Origin: a bacterium
GTDB lineage: Bacteria > Patescibacteriota > Patescibacteriia > JBDRHN01
Reading direction: 5' to 3'
Length of the DNA: 23,748 nucleotides
Assembly (NCBI GenBank): GCA_043816765.1
Contig: JBDRHN010000040.1
Coordinates: forward strand, 1 to 23,748
Part shown: one piece after another, positions 1 through 9,740 of the stretch
Numbering within the stretch: position 1 is the first letter of the stretch
Layout: every line of letters starts with the position of its first letter
Translations under genes and position numbers: made by a program
Notes under the pieces: generated by a model
What the model was told of the DNA's origin: nothing
Seen by the model: the letters and a program-made list of their open reading frames with translations, nothing else
Database searches by the model: none

Positions 1-1140
1 ACGCTCGGCGCGCCCGGCGATGTTCAGCTTTTGGATGAAATGGAAGAAGACGACACAAAGAAAAGATACATGCACCATTACAACTCTCCTCCATACTCAT
101 TCGGCGAAGCCGCTCCAATGCGCGGAACCGGCCGTCGTGAAATCGGACACGGGAGTTTGGCGGAAAAAGCGTTAATGCCAGTTCTTCCTCCAAAAGAAGA
201 TTTCCCATACACAATCCGAGTTGTTTCTGAAGTAATGAGCTCAAACGGTTCCAGCTCAATGGCATCCACCTGCGGTTCAACACTTGCATTGATGGACGCC
301 GGCGTGCCAATCACAAAACCGGTTGCCGGAATCGCGATGGGACTTGCCTCAAGCGGAGACAAGTACAAAATTTTGACCGACTTGCAAGACTTTGAAGACG
401 GCGAAGGCGGAATGGATTTCAAAATCACCGGAACCCGCGACGGCGTTACCGCTATTCAAATGGACACAAAAACAGCCGGTCTGACTTTGGAAATTTGTCA
501 AAAAACTCTTGAGCAATCAAAAGAAGCCCGCTTGCAAATTTTGGATGAAATGAAAAAAGCCATCTCCGAACCAAGAGCCGACACTTCCAAATACGCTCCA
601 AGAATTATCACCCTTCACATAAACCCTGACAAAATCCGAGAACTTATCGGCCCCGGCGGAAAAGTGATTAACAAAATCATTGACGAAACCGGAGTTGATA
701 TAGATATTGAACAAGACGGAACGGTTTTTGTAACCGGAGTTGAAAAAGAAAGCACTGACAAAGCGTTAAAAATGATTGACGATATCACAAGAGAAGTTGA
801 GGCCGGAGAAAAATTCACCGGAAAAGTTACCCGCCTAATGGACTTCGGCGCGTTCGTTGAAGTCCTCCCCTCCCAAGAAGGCCTAGTCCACGTTTCCGAA
901 ATGGCCCCATGGAGAGTTGATAAAGTCTCCGACCTCATAAAAGTCGGCGACGAAGTTCCGGTTATTGTAAAAGAGATTGACGACCAAGGAAGAATAAACC
1001 TATCAATCAAAGCCGCCAACCCCGACTTCTTCCCAAAACCAACGGGCGCCCAACCAAGATCCGAGGGCAGAAGTTTCGACGGACCGCGCAGAGGCGGGAA
1101 TGACAGAGGACGAGAGAGAAGACCGAGAGGGAGGTACTAA
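1..1140 (+). CDS. pnp: Polynucleotide phosphorylase (PNPase), C-terminal ~380 aa: second RNase PH-like domain, KH and S1 domains, Arg/Gly-rich tail. The 5' end lies outside the window; frame 1 is open from position 1.
   Basis: Translation contains '[14 protein letters not shown]' (conserved PNPase/RNase PH active-site region), '[10 protein letters not shown]', a KH-type 'IGPGGKVI' and an S1 fold '[15 protein letters not shown]...GLVHVSE'. No stop codon between position 1 and 1140. Confidence 0.9.
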   Translation, partial: TLGAPGDVQLLDEMEEDDTKKRYMHHYNSPPYSFGEAAPMRGTGRREIGHGSLAEKALMPVLPPKEDFPYTIRVVSEVMSSNGSSSMASTCGSTLALMDAGVPITKPVAGIAMGLASSGDKYKILTDLQDFEDGEGGMDFKITGTRDGVTAIQMDTKTAGLTLEICQKTLEQSKEARLQILDEMKKAISEPRADTSKYAPRIITLHINPDKIRELIGPGGKVINKIIDETGVDIDIEQDGTVFVTGVEKESTDKALKMIDDITREVEAGEKFTGKVTRLMDFGAFVEVLPSQEGLVHVSEMAPWRVDKVSDLIKVGDEVPVIVKEIDDQGRINLSIKAANPDFFPKPTGAQPRSEGRSFDGPRRGGNDRGRERRPRGRY

Positions 1141-1150
1141 AAAACGAATC

Positions 1151-1188
1151 GGAGTTGGATGCCCGCGTGGGTGTCCAACTCCTTTTTT
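1151..1188 (+). terminator. Rho-independent terminator for pnp
   Basis: GGAGTTGGA(tgcccgcgtgggtg)TCCAACTCC stem (9 bp, extendable with G-U pairs) followed by TTTTTT at 1183-1188, 11 bp after the pnp stop. Confidence 0.7.
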
Positions 1189-1261
1189 GGTGATAATTAA
1201 GATAAGATGCGGTTAAAAACTCATAAAATAATTTAAAAATAATGCTAATGGTTTTAATCTA

Positions 1262-1585
1262 ATGGTAGATAAAAAAATATATAAAATACCAAACGGAAAT
1301 TTCGTAATATCTGATGAAATCGGATGTTTATTATTAGCCTTACCTTGTTTTAATATGGAATTAAATCAAAAATGTATCATAACGGAAGAAATTAAAAATA
1401 AAATTATTGATAAATATTTCAAGAATGGCAACATACAAGCGTCAGAGTTAAAATCAAATTTTGCACTACTTTTATTATGTCCCGTGTCCAATATACTTAA
1501 GCGTAAAAAAACATATTTGATTGAATCTAAACAATCTTTTCTTGGCTTCTCGGGGAAGGCGGTTATATCAGCATTGATGGATTAA
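1262..1585 (+). CDS. Hypothetical small protein (107 aa), very AT-rich; may not be a real gene
   Basis: ATG-initiated ORF between the pnp terminator and the next gene's promoter. No recognisable motifs, and about 25% GC is lower than its neighbours. Confidence 0.3.
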   Translation: MVDKKIYKIPNGNFVISDEIGCLLLALPCFNMELNQKCIITEEIKNKIIDKYFKNGNIQASELKSNFALLLLCPVSNILKRKKTYLIESKQSFLGFSGKAVISALMD

Positions 1586-1637
1586 AAAATGAAAAATAAA
1601 AGCGGTGATGTTCAGGCTTGAATCCAAGAACGCATAC

Positions 1638-1666
1638 TTGACAGAAATATTAAAATGTGCTATTAT
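1638..1666 (+). promoter_or_regulatory. Sigma70-type promoter for the 1705 gene (TTGACA-17-TATTAT)
   Basis: TTGACA at 1638-1643, a 17-bp spacer, TATTAT at 1661-1666, 38 bp upstream of the ATG at 1705. Confidence 0.5.
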
Positions 1667-1704
1667 TTAATATTATAAAAATTTATAAATATTGAGCATA
1701 TTTT

Positions 1705-4635
1705 ATGAAAAACATATATAAAATAATTATTGCTTCTTTGTGCGTTTATTTATCTTTGGCAGTAAATTGCGCCAAGGCTAATGTTGCTTATTCCAAGGAC
1801 TTCAGTTCAAGTTTGAACAATGAAAATTTTTTATTGGTAAAAACAGCTGACAATCCGGCAGTTTATTTTATTATCAACAATAAAAGACATAAAATTTTAA
1901 ACTCGGAAATTTTTATTGATTATGGTTTTAATTGGAATGACATTAAAATCGCAACAAAGGAACAATTAAAACAATATCCGCCGGCTAAGGTTGTTAAAAG
2001 CGCCAGCGGTCCAAAAGTTTATTATATTAATGAAGAGCTCAATAAAAAGAAATTTATTCCAAACGCGGCGATTTTTTTAGCTTATGAAAATAAGTGGGGA
2101 GACATTTCCACTGTCAGCCAAAAAGATTTGGATAGTTATTCCAATATAAACGTAATAAAAAGCGCAAACAGCCCAAAAATTTATGAGCTGAAAGACGGCA
2201 TAAAAAAAACTATCGCCAATCCGCAAGAATTTATATCAATGGGTTATAATTGGAACGAGATAGTTGTTGTAAAAGATATTGAAATTGATTATTATCCGAC
2301 CAAAATAGCAGTCAACAGCGAAGAAGTTGTTGTCGCTGGAGTTGAGTATGACGAAAGCGAACAAGATGAAAACTTTATTTCGCAAATTGTTTCAGGCGGT
2401 CGTTTTTTAAGCGTCAAAACCATTAAGCAAGATAAAGATATCGCGGCGCCGGGAGGAAGCATTATTCCAATGTTAGATTTGAAATTAACCGCTGGTTTGG
2501 AAAAACCTGTTAATATTAATTTTTTAAAAATTTCCAAAGCTAAAGGAATTAGCTTGATTGATAGTATTATCGTTTATGATAAAAATAATAATGTTTTGGG
2601 GAGCTCTAAAATGTCTAATGAAAACTACGTCGATATTAAATTAAAACCCGAGCTTTACATAGCTCCAAACACAAACAAAATTATTCATATCAGCGCGTCT
2701 ATAAAAAATAAAAATAATATTTCTTATGAGCAATTATTTATAGAGTCTGAAAAAGACATTTCCACTGATGCCGATATTACAGGTTCTTTTCCTTTGGCGG
2801 GCGATCGCGTTAAAATTATTCCTGGAAATAATTTGGTCGGCAAAATAGAGGTCGGAACAATAATTGTAAGCGACGGATTGCGCGAAACCAATCTTGGAGA
2901 AACTGATTATTTGATTACAAAATTCATTTTCAGCGAAACAACCGGCAATGAGGATGTTTATTTAAAAATGCTAAAAATCACAAATGAAGGGTCAAGCTCT
3001 GTTAAATTGGCAAATGTTGATTTGGTTGATCAAGATAATCGTGTTATAGCTACTGTCAAAGAGCCTGCTGGAGAAAATATTGTTTTTGATATGACCCGAT
3101 CTCCGTATAAAATTCCAAAAGGCTTGAGCAGAACTTTTTCGGTCAGGGCGGATATTGTTGGCGGTGTGGGCGGAAATATTAAATTTGAAATTGAAAAAGA
3201 AAATGATATTTTAGCAACTGGCAAAAAGTATTTGTTTGATTTAATGGTTTCCAATAAAGAGGGGGGCAATTTTCCCATCGGACGCGGCAATGGACGATAT
3301 GTAAATATGGTAAAAATAAATGATGTCGGCATTGCGGTCTACAAAAACGACTTATCGCCGGTTGGCGGTCTGGTTGCGGGTTCTGATGAGAACTCTTTGG
3401 GAATATTTAATATTCGCGTAAATGGCTCAACAATAAATTTCACATCCGTCGCGTTGCAAATTATCAATGGCGATAAAGTTAATTTAAAAGGAAATTTAAT
3501 CGTGAGGGATTATAAAACCAAAAAAGTATTGGGGCAAACCGAGGCTGGTTCAATAAGCGGAAATCAAACAGAAATTAATTTGGATTTTTATCCTAAAATA
3601 GAAACAAAGCAGACTTTTGCTTTTGAAATTTTGTCTGATATAGATGATAATGCGACGATTTTGGATACATACCAATTAAAAATAACGGGAATAGGTTATC
3701 AAATACCTGGAAGCAATTCCGAGCACAATATTGATTGCGCGGTTGATGGAAATATTTTATCTGTTAAAAAATCTAATTTAGTTATAGACAGCAACAACTC
3801 TCTAGAAAATAAAGAAATTTCAGCGGGGAAAAACGCGGTTTTAATCGGCAGTTTTATTTTGCAGGCCGGCGTTGCGGAGGATTTAGTAATTAGTAATTTT
3901 AACATCTCGGAAGTTGCGGGATATGACGAACTCAGCTATAGCAAAGGATACAGCAATCTAAAAATTCGTGTTAATAAAAAAGATTACGCAACATATCAAG
4001 CTCCCGACGGCGGACAGTTTGTCGTAAATAAGCCATTTGGAATAACGGCTGGAAAATCAGTTTCAGTTGAGGTTTATGTTGACACAACGTCGCTGGTTGA
4101 TGGAAACGAAATAAAACTTGAAATTAATAATGTGAATGCTTATGGAAAAATTTCAGAATTAGAACCAAGCCAAAAAGGAGGAAATAGCCAAAGTTTTTCT
4201 ACAAAATTTATACAGAGCAGATTAATAATAGATCAAAACATAAATATGGATGGCGCGATTATTTCGGCTGGGAAAGCTAATCAAAAGATATCAAGTTTCC
4301 GTTTTGAAAATAAAGGGGTTGAAAATATTGTTATTAGAAGTTTTACTTTGGCGGAAACAAAAGATTCTGATGAAATTTCTTACGATAATGGTTATTCAAA
4401 TCTAAAGACCACTGGCAATCATGTTGTCAAAAAACCGATTGCTGGAGGAAATATATTCAGCAATTTTACGATAAAGGCTGGTGCTGTTGTAGTAATTGAT
4501 GTATATATGAGTGCTGACAGCTCAACTGTCGGCGATGAATTTAATTTAGTTTTGAAGGATATTTTAGTTAACGGCGGAGTTGTTGTTGAGGGCGATTATG
4601 TTGTCGGCCAAGGAGTGAGAGTTGTTGGAAATTAA
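1705..4635 (+). CDS. Large secreted or cell-surface repeat protein (976 aa): N-terminal signal peptide, three tandem ~55-aa repeats, then several beta-rich ~100-120-aa repeated domains; adhesin or S-layer-like candidate
   Basis: N-terminus 'MKNIYKIIIASLCVYLSLAVNCAKA' is a hydrophobic signal peptide ending in an AxA-like cleavage site. Internal repeats: LLVKTADNPAVYFIINN...YGFNWNDI / VVKSASGPKVYYINEE...YENKWGDI / VIKSANSPKIYELKDG...MGYNWNEI. C-terminal repeats: 'ELSYSKGYSNLKIRVN...' versus 'EISYDNGYSNLKTTGN...'. Flanked by a promoter and a terminator. Confidence 0.85.
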   Translation: MKNIYKIIIASLCVYLSLAVNCAKANVAYSKDFSSSLNNENFLLVKTADNPAVYFIINNKRHKILNSEIFIDYGFNWNDIKIATKEQLKQYPPAKVVKSASGPKVYYINEELNKKKFIPNAAIFLAYENKWGDISTVSQKDLDSYSNINVIKSANSPKIYELKDGIKKTIANPQEFISMGYNWNEIVVVKDIEIDYYPTKIAVNSEEVVVAGVEYDESEQDENFISQIVSGGRFLSVKTIKQDKDIAAPGGSIIPMLDLKLTAGLEKPVNINFLKISKAKGISLIDSIIVYDKNNNVLGSSKMSNENYVDIKLKPELYIAPNTNKIIHISASIKNKNNISYEQLFIESEKDISTDADITGSFPLAGDRVKIIPGNNLVGKIEVGTIIVSDGLRETNLGETDYLITKFIFSETTGNEDVYLKMLKITNEGSSSVKLANVDLVDQDNRVIATVKEPAGENIVFDMTRSPYKIPKGLSRTFSVRADIVGGVGGNIKFEIEKENDILATGKKYLFDLMVSNKEGGNFPIGRGNGRYVNMVKINDVGIAVYKNDLSPVGGLVAGSDENSLGIFNIRVNGSTINFTSVALQIINGDKVNLKGNLIVRDYKTKKVLGQTEAGSISGNQTEINLDFYPKIETKQTFAFEILSDIDDNATILDTYQLKITGIGYQIPGSNSEHNIDCAVDGNILSVKKSNLVIDSNNSLENKEISAGKNAVLIGSFILQAGVAEDLVISNFNISEVAGYDELSYSKGYSNLKIRVNKKDYATYQAPDGGQFVVNKPFGITAGKSVSVEVYVDTTSLVDGNEIKLEINNVNAYGKISELEPSQKGGNSQSFSTKFIQSRLIIDQNINMDGAIISAGKANQKISSFRFENKGVENIVIRSFTLAETKDSDEISYDNGYSNLKTTGNHVVKKPIAGGNIFSNFTIKAGAVVVIDVYMSADSSTVGDEFNLVLKDILVNGGVVVEGDYVVGQGVRVVGN

Positions 4636-4662
4636 TCCGCCAGCTGGGGGATAATAAAAAAT

Positions 4663-4699
4663 AAATCCGATTTCTATTTTGAAAATCGGATTTATTTTT
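4663..4699 (+). terminator. Rho-independent terminator
   Basis: AAATCCGATTT (4663-4673), 9-nt loop, AAATCGGATTT (4683-4693), then ATTTTT. Confidence 0.65.
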
Positions 4700-4769
4700 G
4701 TTAATTTTTTTTAAAAATGTTATAATTCAATAAACTTTATAATTTTCAACTTTTAACTAGGACGCCTTT

Positions 4770-5774
4770 ATGCAATTTGATTTTATAACATTGGGAAGCG
4801 CGACTCGCGATATTTTATATCATATAAAGGGCGGGGTGGTTTTGCCAAAATTTAAAAAAAATGGCGGGCGGGATAGCTTGGCTTTTACGCTCGGTTCAAA
4901 ATTTGAAGTTGATAAAGCATATTTTAATTACGGCGGCGGAGCAAACAATACGGCGGTCTCGCTGGCGCGGCTGGGATTTTTCGCCGCGCCGATAATAGCG
5001 CTTGGCGATGATGATTTTGGAAAAGACATAATACATCATTTGCAAAATGAGAAAATTTCCACTGATTTAGTTCAAATAATCAAAAAACAATCAACGGGGC
5101 AAAGCGCGATTATAGTAAGCGAGCAAGATAAAAGATATGTTTTGTTCGCGTATCGCGCCGCCAATTCTAAACTAAATTTTTCTGCTGAAAAATATAAAAA
5201 TTTAAAAACAAAATGGCTGTACCTTAATTCGTTAAATATCACAGGCTGGCAAAAAATTGTTGGCGATATAATTAAGTATAAACATAAAAATCCCAAAACT
5301 AAAATTTATTGGAATCCGGGCAAATGGCAGATTCAGACAAAAAGAGAAGAAATTATTAAATTATTAAAATTGGCTGAAGTTTTGCAGATTAATAAAGAAG
5401 AAGCGATCTCGTTAATTAAAAATCCTAAAACAGATATTAATTCTATCATTGAAGATATTTACAAGCTCGGACCAAAGTTGGTTGTAATAACGGACGGAAT
5501 AAGGGGGGTCTGTTGTTATGACGGAAAAAAATTATACCAGCAGGACGCCAGCAATGACAAGCCTGTTGACACAACGGGAGCTGGAGATTCTTTTGGATCT
5601 GCTTTTGCGGGAGGATTGGTTTTATTCAACAACGATATTCAAAAAGCGTTAAAAGCGGGAGTCGCGAATTCCGGTTCGGTTGTCTCAAGGTTTGGGGCGC
5701 AGAATGGATTATTGAATAAAATCTCATTATTAAAAAATAGTAACTACTCAGGCATCATCAAGGCGAGGCGCTAA
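4770..5774 (+). CDS. PfkB-family (ribokinase-like) carbohydrate kinase
   Basis: 'DTTGAGDSFGSAFAGGL' matches the PfkB signature-2 / anion-hole motif (DTxGAGD). An N-terminal Gly-rich 'NYGGGANNTAVSLARLG' matches the ribokinase-fold substrate-lid region. 334 aa. Confidence 0.85.
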   Translation: MQFDFITLGSATRDILYHIKGGVVLPKFKKNGGRDSLAFTLGSKFEVDKAYFNYGGGANNTAVSLARLGFFAAPIIALGDDDFGKDIIHHLQNEKISTDLVQIIKKQSTGQSAIIVSEQDKRYVLFAYRAANSKLNFSAEKYKNLKTKWLYLNSLNITGWQKIVGDIIKYKHKNPKTKIYWNPGKWQIQTKREEIIKLLKLAEVLQINKEEAISLIKNPKTDINSIIEDIYKLGPKLVVITDGIRGVCCYDGKKLYQQDASNDKPVDTTGAGDSFGSAFAGGLVLFNNDIQKALKAGVANSGSVVSRFGAQNGLLNKISLLKNSNYSGIIKARR

Positions 5775-5799
5775 TATTAACAATAACCAACAAAACACT

Positions 5800-7725
5800 A
5801 TGAGTGAAGAAAAATTATTAGCTCAAGAAACTACGGCGGTTCTTTTTCAGGATGAAAAAGTTTATAAACCGTCAAATGAAGTTATAAGCGAGGCGAAAAT
5901 TAAAAATCTCAAAGCCGTCTATAAAGCCGCCAACAAAAAACCGTTGAAATTTTGGGAGAACGCGGCAAAAGAGTTAATTTGGGAGAAAAAATGGACAAAA
6001 GTTTTAGATAGTTCCAACAAGCCGTTTTATAAATGGTTTGTCGGATCAAAATGCAATATTGTCCAAAACGCGCTTGATCAGCACCAGACAACATGGCGGA
6101 AAAATAAACTTGCTCTTTCTTGGGTTGGGGACAATGGAGAAGAGAGAAAATACACTTACGGAGAGCTGAATAAAGAAGTATGCAGGCTGGCTAATGTTTA
6201 TAAAAAATTAGGAATTAAAAAGGGGGAACATATCGCTATTTATTTGCCAAATATTCCAGAAGCCGCGATAGCGATGCTCGCGAGCGCGAAGATTGGAGCC
6301 GTTCATTCCGTTGTCTACGCTGGATTTAGCGCGACCGCTTTACGCGACAGAATTCAAGACTGCGACGCAAAACTTTTAGTTACGACCGATGCTGGATTTC
6401 GCCGCGGCAAAACAATTGAACTTAAAAAAATTGCCGATGAGGCTTTGAAAATAAATTGCGCAAAAGTAAAAAAAGTGATCGTAGTCGCCCGCAATCAAGA
6501 ACCGACGGCGATGAAAGAAGGTCGCGACTTTTATTATCATGAATTAATTAAAGACGCCAAATCCGTCTGCGCGACTGTTATGGTGAACGGACCGGATCCT
6601 CTTTTTGTGCTTTACACGTCAGGAACAACAGCGAAACCAAAAGGGGTTGTTCATGATCACGGCGGATATATGACGGGCATTGCGAAAACATTGAGCTGGG
6701 TCTTTGATACAAAAGATACTGATGTGTGGTGGTGCGCAGCTGATGTCGGCTGGATTACAGGACACAGCTATATTGTTTACGCGCCTCTAATGCTTGGATT
6801 GACATCGGTTATGTTTGAGGGAGTGCCAAATTATCCAGAGCCGGACAGAATGTGGGAAATAGTTGAAAAATATTCAGTAACAATTTTATACACCTCGCCG
6901 ACAGCTATTAGGGCATTGATGAAATACGGCGATAAATGGCCAAAAATGCACGACTTATCTTCATTGCGCTTACTTGGAAGTGTTGGAGAGCCGATAAATC
7001 CAAAAGCTTGGCGATGGTATTATAAAGTAATAGGAAAAGAAAAATGTCCTATAATGGATACTTGGTGGCAGACAGAATCAGGCAATTTTATGATTACACC
7101 GCTTCCAACTTTGCCGTTGAAAGCGGGATCAGCTACGTTGCCTTTTCCTGGAATTCATGCTGATGTTGTTGGCAGAAACGGCAAATCGGTTAGGTCTGGG
7201 ATGGGGGGTTTTCTTATTATAACAAATCCATGGCCTGGAATGTTGCAGACAGTATTCAAAAATCCGAAACGTTATATTAAAACTTATTTCTCGGAAATTC
7301 CAGGTGAAAATTATGTGTCCGGCGATATCGCCCGAAAAGATAAAGACGGTTATATTTGGATTCAGGGGCGAAGCGATGATGTTTTGAAAATCGCGGGGCA
7401 CAGAATAGGAACCGCTGAAATAGAGAGTGCGCTTGTAAAGCATAAAGCAGTCGCTGAGGCGGCGGCAATCGGGGTTCCTGATCAAATCAGGGGGGAAATT
7501 GTAAAAGCTTTTATTATTTTAAAGCATGGTTTTTCTGAAAGCGAAAATTTGGTTAAAGAATTGATAAAGCATGTGAGGGTGTCAATGGGACCTATTGTTG
7601 TGTTCAGTGGGATTGATTTTGTTGAAAGCTTGCCAAAGACGCGAAGCGGAAAAATTATGAGACGCGTTTTAAAATCAAAAGAGCTTGGGCTTCCGCTGGG
7701 TGATACTTCCACTTTGGAGGATTAA
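5800..7725 (+). CDS. acs: Acetyl-CoA synthetase (acetate--CoA ligase, AMP-forming)
   Basis: AMP-binding motif 'LYTSGTTAKPKGVVH', the Acs-typical 'WWQTESG', 'GEPINPKAW' and 'YVSGDIARKDKDGYIWIQGRSDDVLKIAGHRIGTAEIESAL', a C-terminal 'PKTRSGKIMRR'; 641 aa. Confidence 0.9.
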   Translation: MSEEKLLAQETTAVLFQDEKVYKPSNEVISEAKIKNLKAVYKAANKKPLKFWENAAKELIWEKKWTKVLDSSNKPFYKWFVGSKCNIVQNALDQHQTTWRKNKLALSWVGDNGEERKYTYGELNKEVCRLANVYKKLGIKKGEHIAIYLPNIPEAAIAMLASAKIGAVHSVVYAGFSATALRDRIQDCDAKLLVTTDAGFRRGKTIELKKIADEALKINCAKVKKVIVVARNQEPTAMKEGRDFYYHELIKDAKSVCATVMVNGPDPLFVLYTSGTTAKPKGVVHDHGGYMTGIAKTLSWVFDTKDTDVWWCAADVGWITGHSYIVYAPLMLGLTSVMFEGVPNYPEPDRMWEIVEKYSVTILYTSPTAIRALMKYGDKWPKMHDLSSLRLLGSVGEPINPKAWRWYYKVIGKEKCPIMDTWWQTESGNFMITPLPTLPLKAGSATLPFPGIHADVVGRNGKSVRSGMGGFLIITNPWPGMLQTVFKNPKRYIKTYFSEIPGENYVSGDIARKDKDGYIWIQGRSDDVLKIAGHRIGTAEIESALVKHKAVAEAAAIGVPDQIRGEIVKAFIILKHGFSESENLVKELIKHVRVSMGPIVVFSGIDFVESLPKTRSGKIMRRVLKSKELGLPLGDTSTLED

Positions 7726-7745
7726 AAAATAAAATTAAACAAAAA

Positions 7746-7777
7746 CAGGGAACAAGCACTTGTTCCCTGTTTTTGTT
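7746..7777. terminator. Bidirectional rho-independent terminator shared by convergent acs (+) and the GalT-like gene (-)
   Basis: A-tract, GGGAACA / TGTTCCC stem (loop AGCACT), then TTTTTGTTT. It lies between the acs stop (7725) and the minus-strand gene stop (7785). Confidence 0.6.
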
Positions 7778-7784
7778 TAGTTCT

Positions 7785-8735
7785 CTATTCTCTATAATAC
7801 TCCGCCGCATCTTCTGGCGCAATCGGGTTTATAACAATACCGCTACCGATTTCAACACCCGCCCACACACTTCCTCTTGGCGTGATTTTCATATATAAAT
7901 GTTGATCCTCATCATTGGTCACTTGGTGAAAATAATAATTATAAGGGAGTCCTAGTTTTCCAATTTTGTTTAAAACTTTTTTTAAAATTTTTGCAAAACT
8001 TTTTCTTTCATTATTGTTTAAAAACATAATATTATCTATGTGTCGCAAAGGCATTATCCAAACTTCGTAATTATAAATCGACGCCCACGGGCAAAAAGCG
8101 ATAATATATTTGTCTTTATATATCATTCGCGGGCCATTGGTTTCTTTTTTAATTACATCGCAATAAACGCAAGTTCCGTTTTCAAGCTTATATGCCTGCG
8201 TTCTTTGAGATTTATCAAACAGATGCGGAGGCAAAAAATCAGTGGCAAAAATCTGAGTGTGGGAATGTTGGAGCGACGCTCCTGCTACTCCCCCGTCGTT
8301 TTTAAAAATTAAAATATATTCAATTTTTTTATTTTGAGAAATTATTTTAGTCCGCTCCGCGTAAACTTCTAAAAGTTTTGCAATATGCTCAAGGCTTAAT
8401 TCTTCCAACTCAAGCGCGTGATTCGGCGTTTCAACAATTACTTCTTGGATCCCATAAGCTTTTGGATTATCAAGTGTAACGGCTGGAAATTTATTTTTCA
8501 GAACAGCAATATCCCAACTGGTCAAAGAAAATTTATTGTGTTTCAAAAAAGAATATTTTTTAATCACGAGGTCTGACTTTTTTAAATTTTCCGGACAAAA
8601 AACACATGACGCGCTTCGTCTATGATCTTTTTTACAAATATCCGTATCATGCGGCCTGTTGCTGCGGCGCGGCGCTATGATTACATATTTTTCCTGAATA
8701 TAATCTTTGCGCAGTTCGTTTTTGGGTTTTGGCAT
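7785..8735 (-). CDS. galT: Galactose-1-phosphate uridylyltransferase-like, HIT-superfamily nucleotidyltransferase (GalT family)
   Basis: Zn-binding-type 'CVFCPEN' near the N-terminus and an H-x-H-x-Q active-site motif 'LQHSHTQIF' (compare GalT HPHGQ). Two half-domains with a second 'CVYCD'. 316 aa. Confidence 0.65.
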   Translation of the reverse strand: MPKPKNELRKDYIQEKYVIIAPRRSNRPHDTDICKKDHRRSASCVFCPENLKKSDLVIKKYSFLKHNKFSLTSWDIAVLKNKFPAVTLDNPKAYGIQEVIVETPNHALELEELSLEHIAKLLEVYAERTKIISQNKKIEYILIFKNDGGVAGASLQHSHTQIFATDFLPPHLFDKSQRTQAYKLENGTCVYCDVIKKETNGPRMIYKDKYIIAFCPWASIYNYEVWIMPLRHIDNIMFLNNNERKSFAKILKKVLNKIGKLGLPYNYYFHQVTNDEDQHLYMKITPRGSVWAGVEIGSGIVINPIAPEDAAEYYRE

Positions 8736-8842
8736 AGATGTGGGTAATTAGTAATAAGTAAATAGTAATTAGTAAATTTTGTTTTGATATTTTTACCCGC
8801 AGGTGTCCGGCATCTCTTTAGGTGTCGAACACTTTTTTGCAA

Positions 8843-9739
8843 TTACAACTGCAAATCTTCTAATTTTTTTATTTTCCTCGCCGTATATCTCTCTTTTTTC
8901 AATCTACCAAAAGTATCCCTAAATGTACTCACAAAATTTTCCACAAAATTCTGCGATGGAAATAAATGTTCCAAATCTCTTTTTAAACCCTTCTCAAAAT
9001 CATTTTTAGTTATAAAAATACTGATTTCATCAAAAATCTCTCCGATGCTATTTTTTATTTTATTTATCTTCAACATATCCTCATTTGGTAAAACTCTTTG
9101 CTGCATATACCAAATCAAATCATAAAAATCCCGTCCCTTATAATTTATCTCATCCTCCGCTCTGCCTACGGCAAAACCTTTTCGCGGGCGGTCTAAAATG
9201 GCGGCTAGTTTAGATGCAAAAAGAGTCGGCATATCATAGTGTTTAACCACAAAACTTTTTCCATACATATTCTTGGGGGTAAATATTGGCTTTAAATCAT
9301 TAAAATGCTCTTCATCTTCAGCGCGTATTTCTACTTTAATATTTAAAGTTTCATCTTTATGCAGAGATAATCCTAATTCGTTCATTACGGGAAACTTTAA
9401 GAAAATACGATTAATTCCTTTTTCTTTCTTTATGGAAAATTTATCATTTAATTTTAAATCACTGCTAAAGTGTTTTTTTAACTCTTCTGCTAGCTCATTA
9501 AAATTTATATTTTTATCCGCCTCAAAGTCCAAATCCTCCGACATTCTATTTAAGTCATAAATAATGCGCGCGCAACTTCCGCCATAGAAAATCAAATCTT
9601 TGAATTTTGAATTATAAATAAAATCCAAAACAAAGTAATGCAAAAATTCTTTTAGTTGCGTGCGGATTGCGAGGTTCGGCAAATTATCATCTTTCCCTTC
9701 CTCTGCAATTTTTTTCATTTCTAAAATTAAATTATTCAT
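8843..9739 (-). CDS. AbiEii/AbiGii-family nucleotidyltransferase toxin (type IV toxin-antitoxin system), module A
   Basis: 'LIFYGGSCARIIYDLNRMSEDLDFEAD' matches the DUF1814/AbiEii hallmark (GGTAL...RxSEDxDF). Sits 1 nt downstream of an AbiEi-like gene. A paralogue lies at 13997..14767. Confidence 0.75.
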   Translation of the reverse strand: MNNLILEMKKIAEEGKDDNLPNLAIRTQLKEFLHYFVLDFIYNSKFKDLIFYGGSCARIIYDLNRMSEDLDFEADKNINFNELAEELKKHFSSDLKLNDKFSIKKEKGINRIFLKFPVMNELGLSLHKDETLNIKVEIRAEDEEHFNDLKPIFTPKNMYGKSFVVKHYDMPTLFASKLAAILDRPRKGFAVGRAEDEINYKGRDFYDLIWYMQQRVLPNEDMLKINKIKNSIGEIFDEISIFITKNDFEKGLKRDLEHLFPSQNFVENFVSTFRDTFGRLKKERYTARKIKKLEDLQL

Positions 9740-9740
9740 A

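Noticed and set aside
78-1019. Antisense ORFs inside pnp (78..428, 517..714, 615..1019)
   Set aside because: They sit fully inside a well-supported conserved gene on the opposite strand, which is typical for a GC-richer coding strand.
1615-1625. GGCTTGAATCC, a near match to a tRNA T-loop (GGTTCGAATCC), between the small ORF and the 1705 promoter; a possible tRNA 3' fragment or island attachment-site remnant
   Set aside because: No complementary T-stem, acceptor stem or other cloverleaf elements can be drawn around it. It reads as an isolated 11-mer.
8736-8842. TAATTAGTAA direct repeats upstream of the GalT-like gene, considered as a regulatory iteron
   Set aside because: They are short, AT-only repeats in a promoter-like AT-rich spacer, which cannot be told apart from low-complexity sequence by eye.
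8784-9560. Plus-strand ORFs 8784..9125 and 9273..9560 inside or overlapping AbiEii-A, plus similar antisense ORFs in glgA (12029..12460), the P-type ATPase (16954..17343, 17902..18351, 18400..18825), the RsuA-type gene and the regulator (21930..22487)
   Set aside because: Low-complexity Phe/Ser/Ile-rich translations typical of the antisense of AT-rich genes. There is no room for promoters and no motifs.
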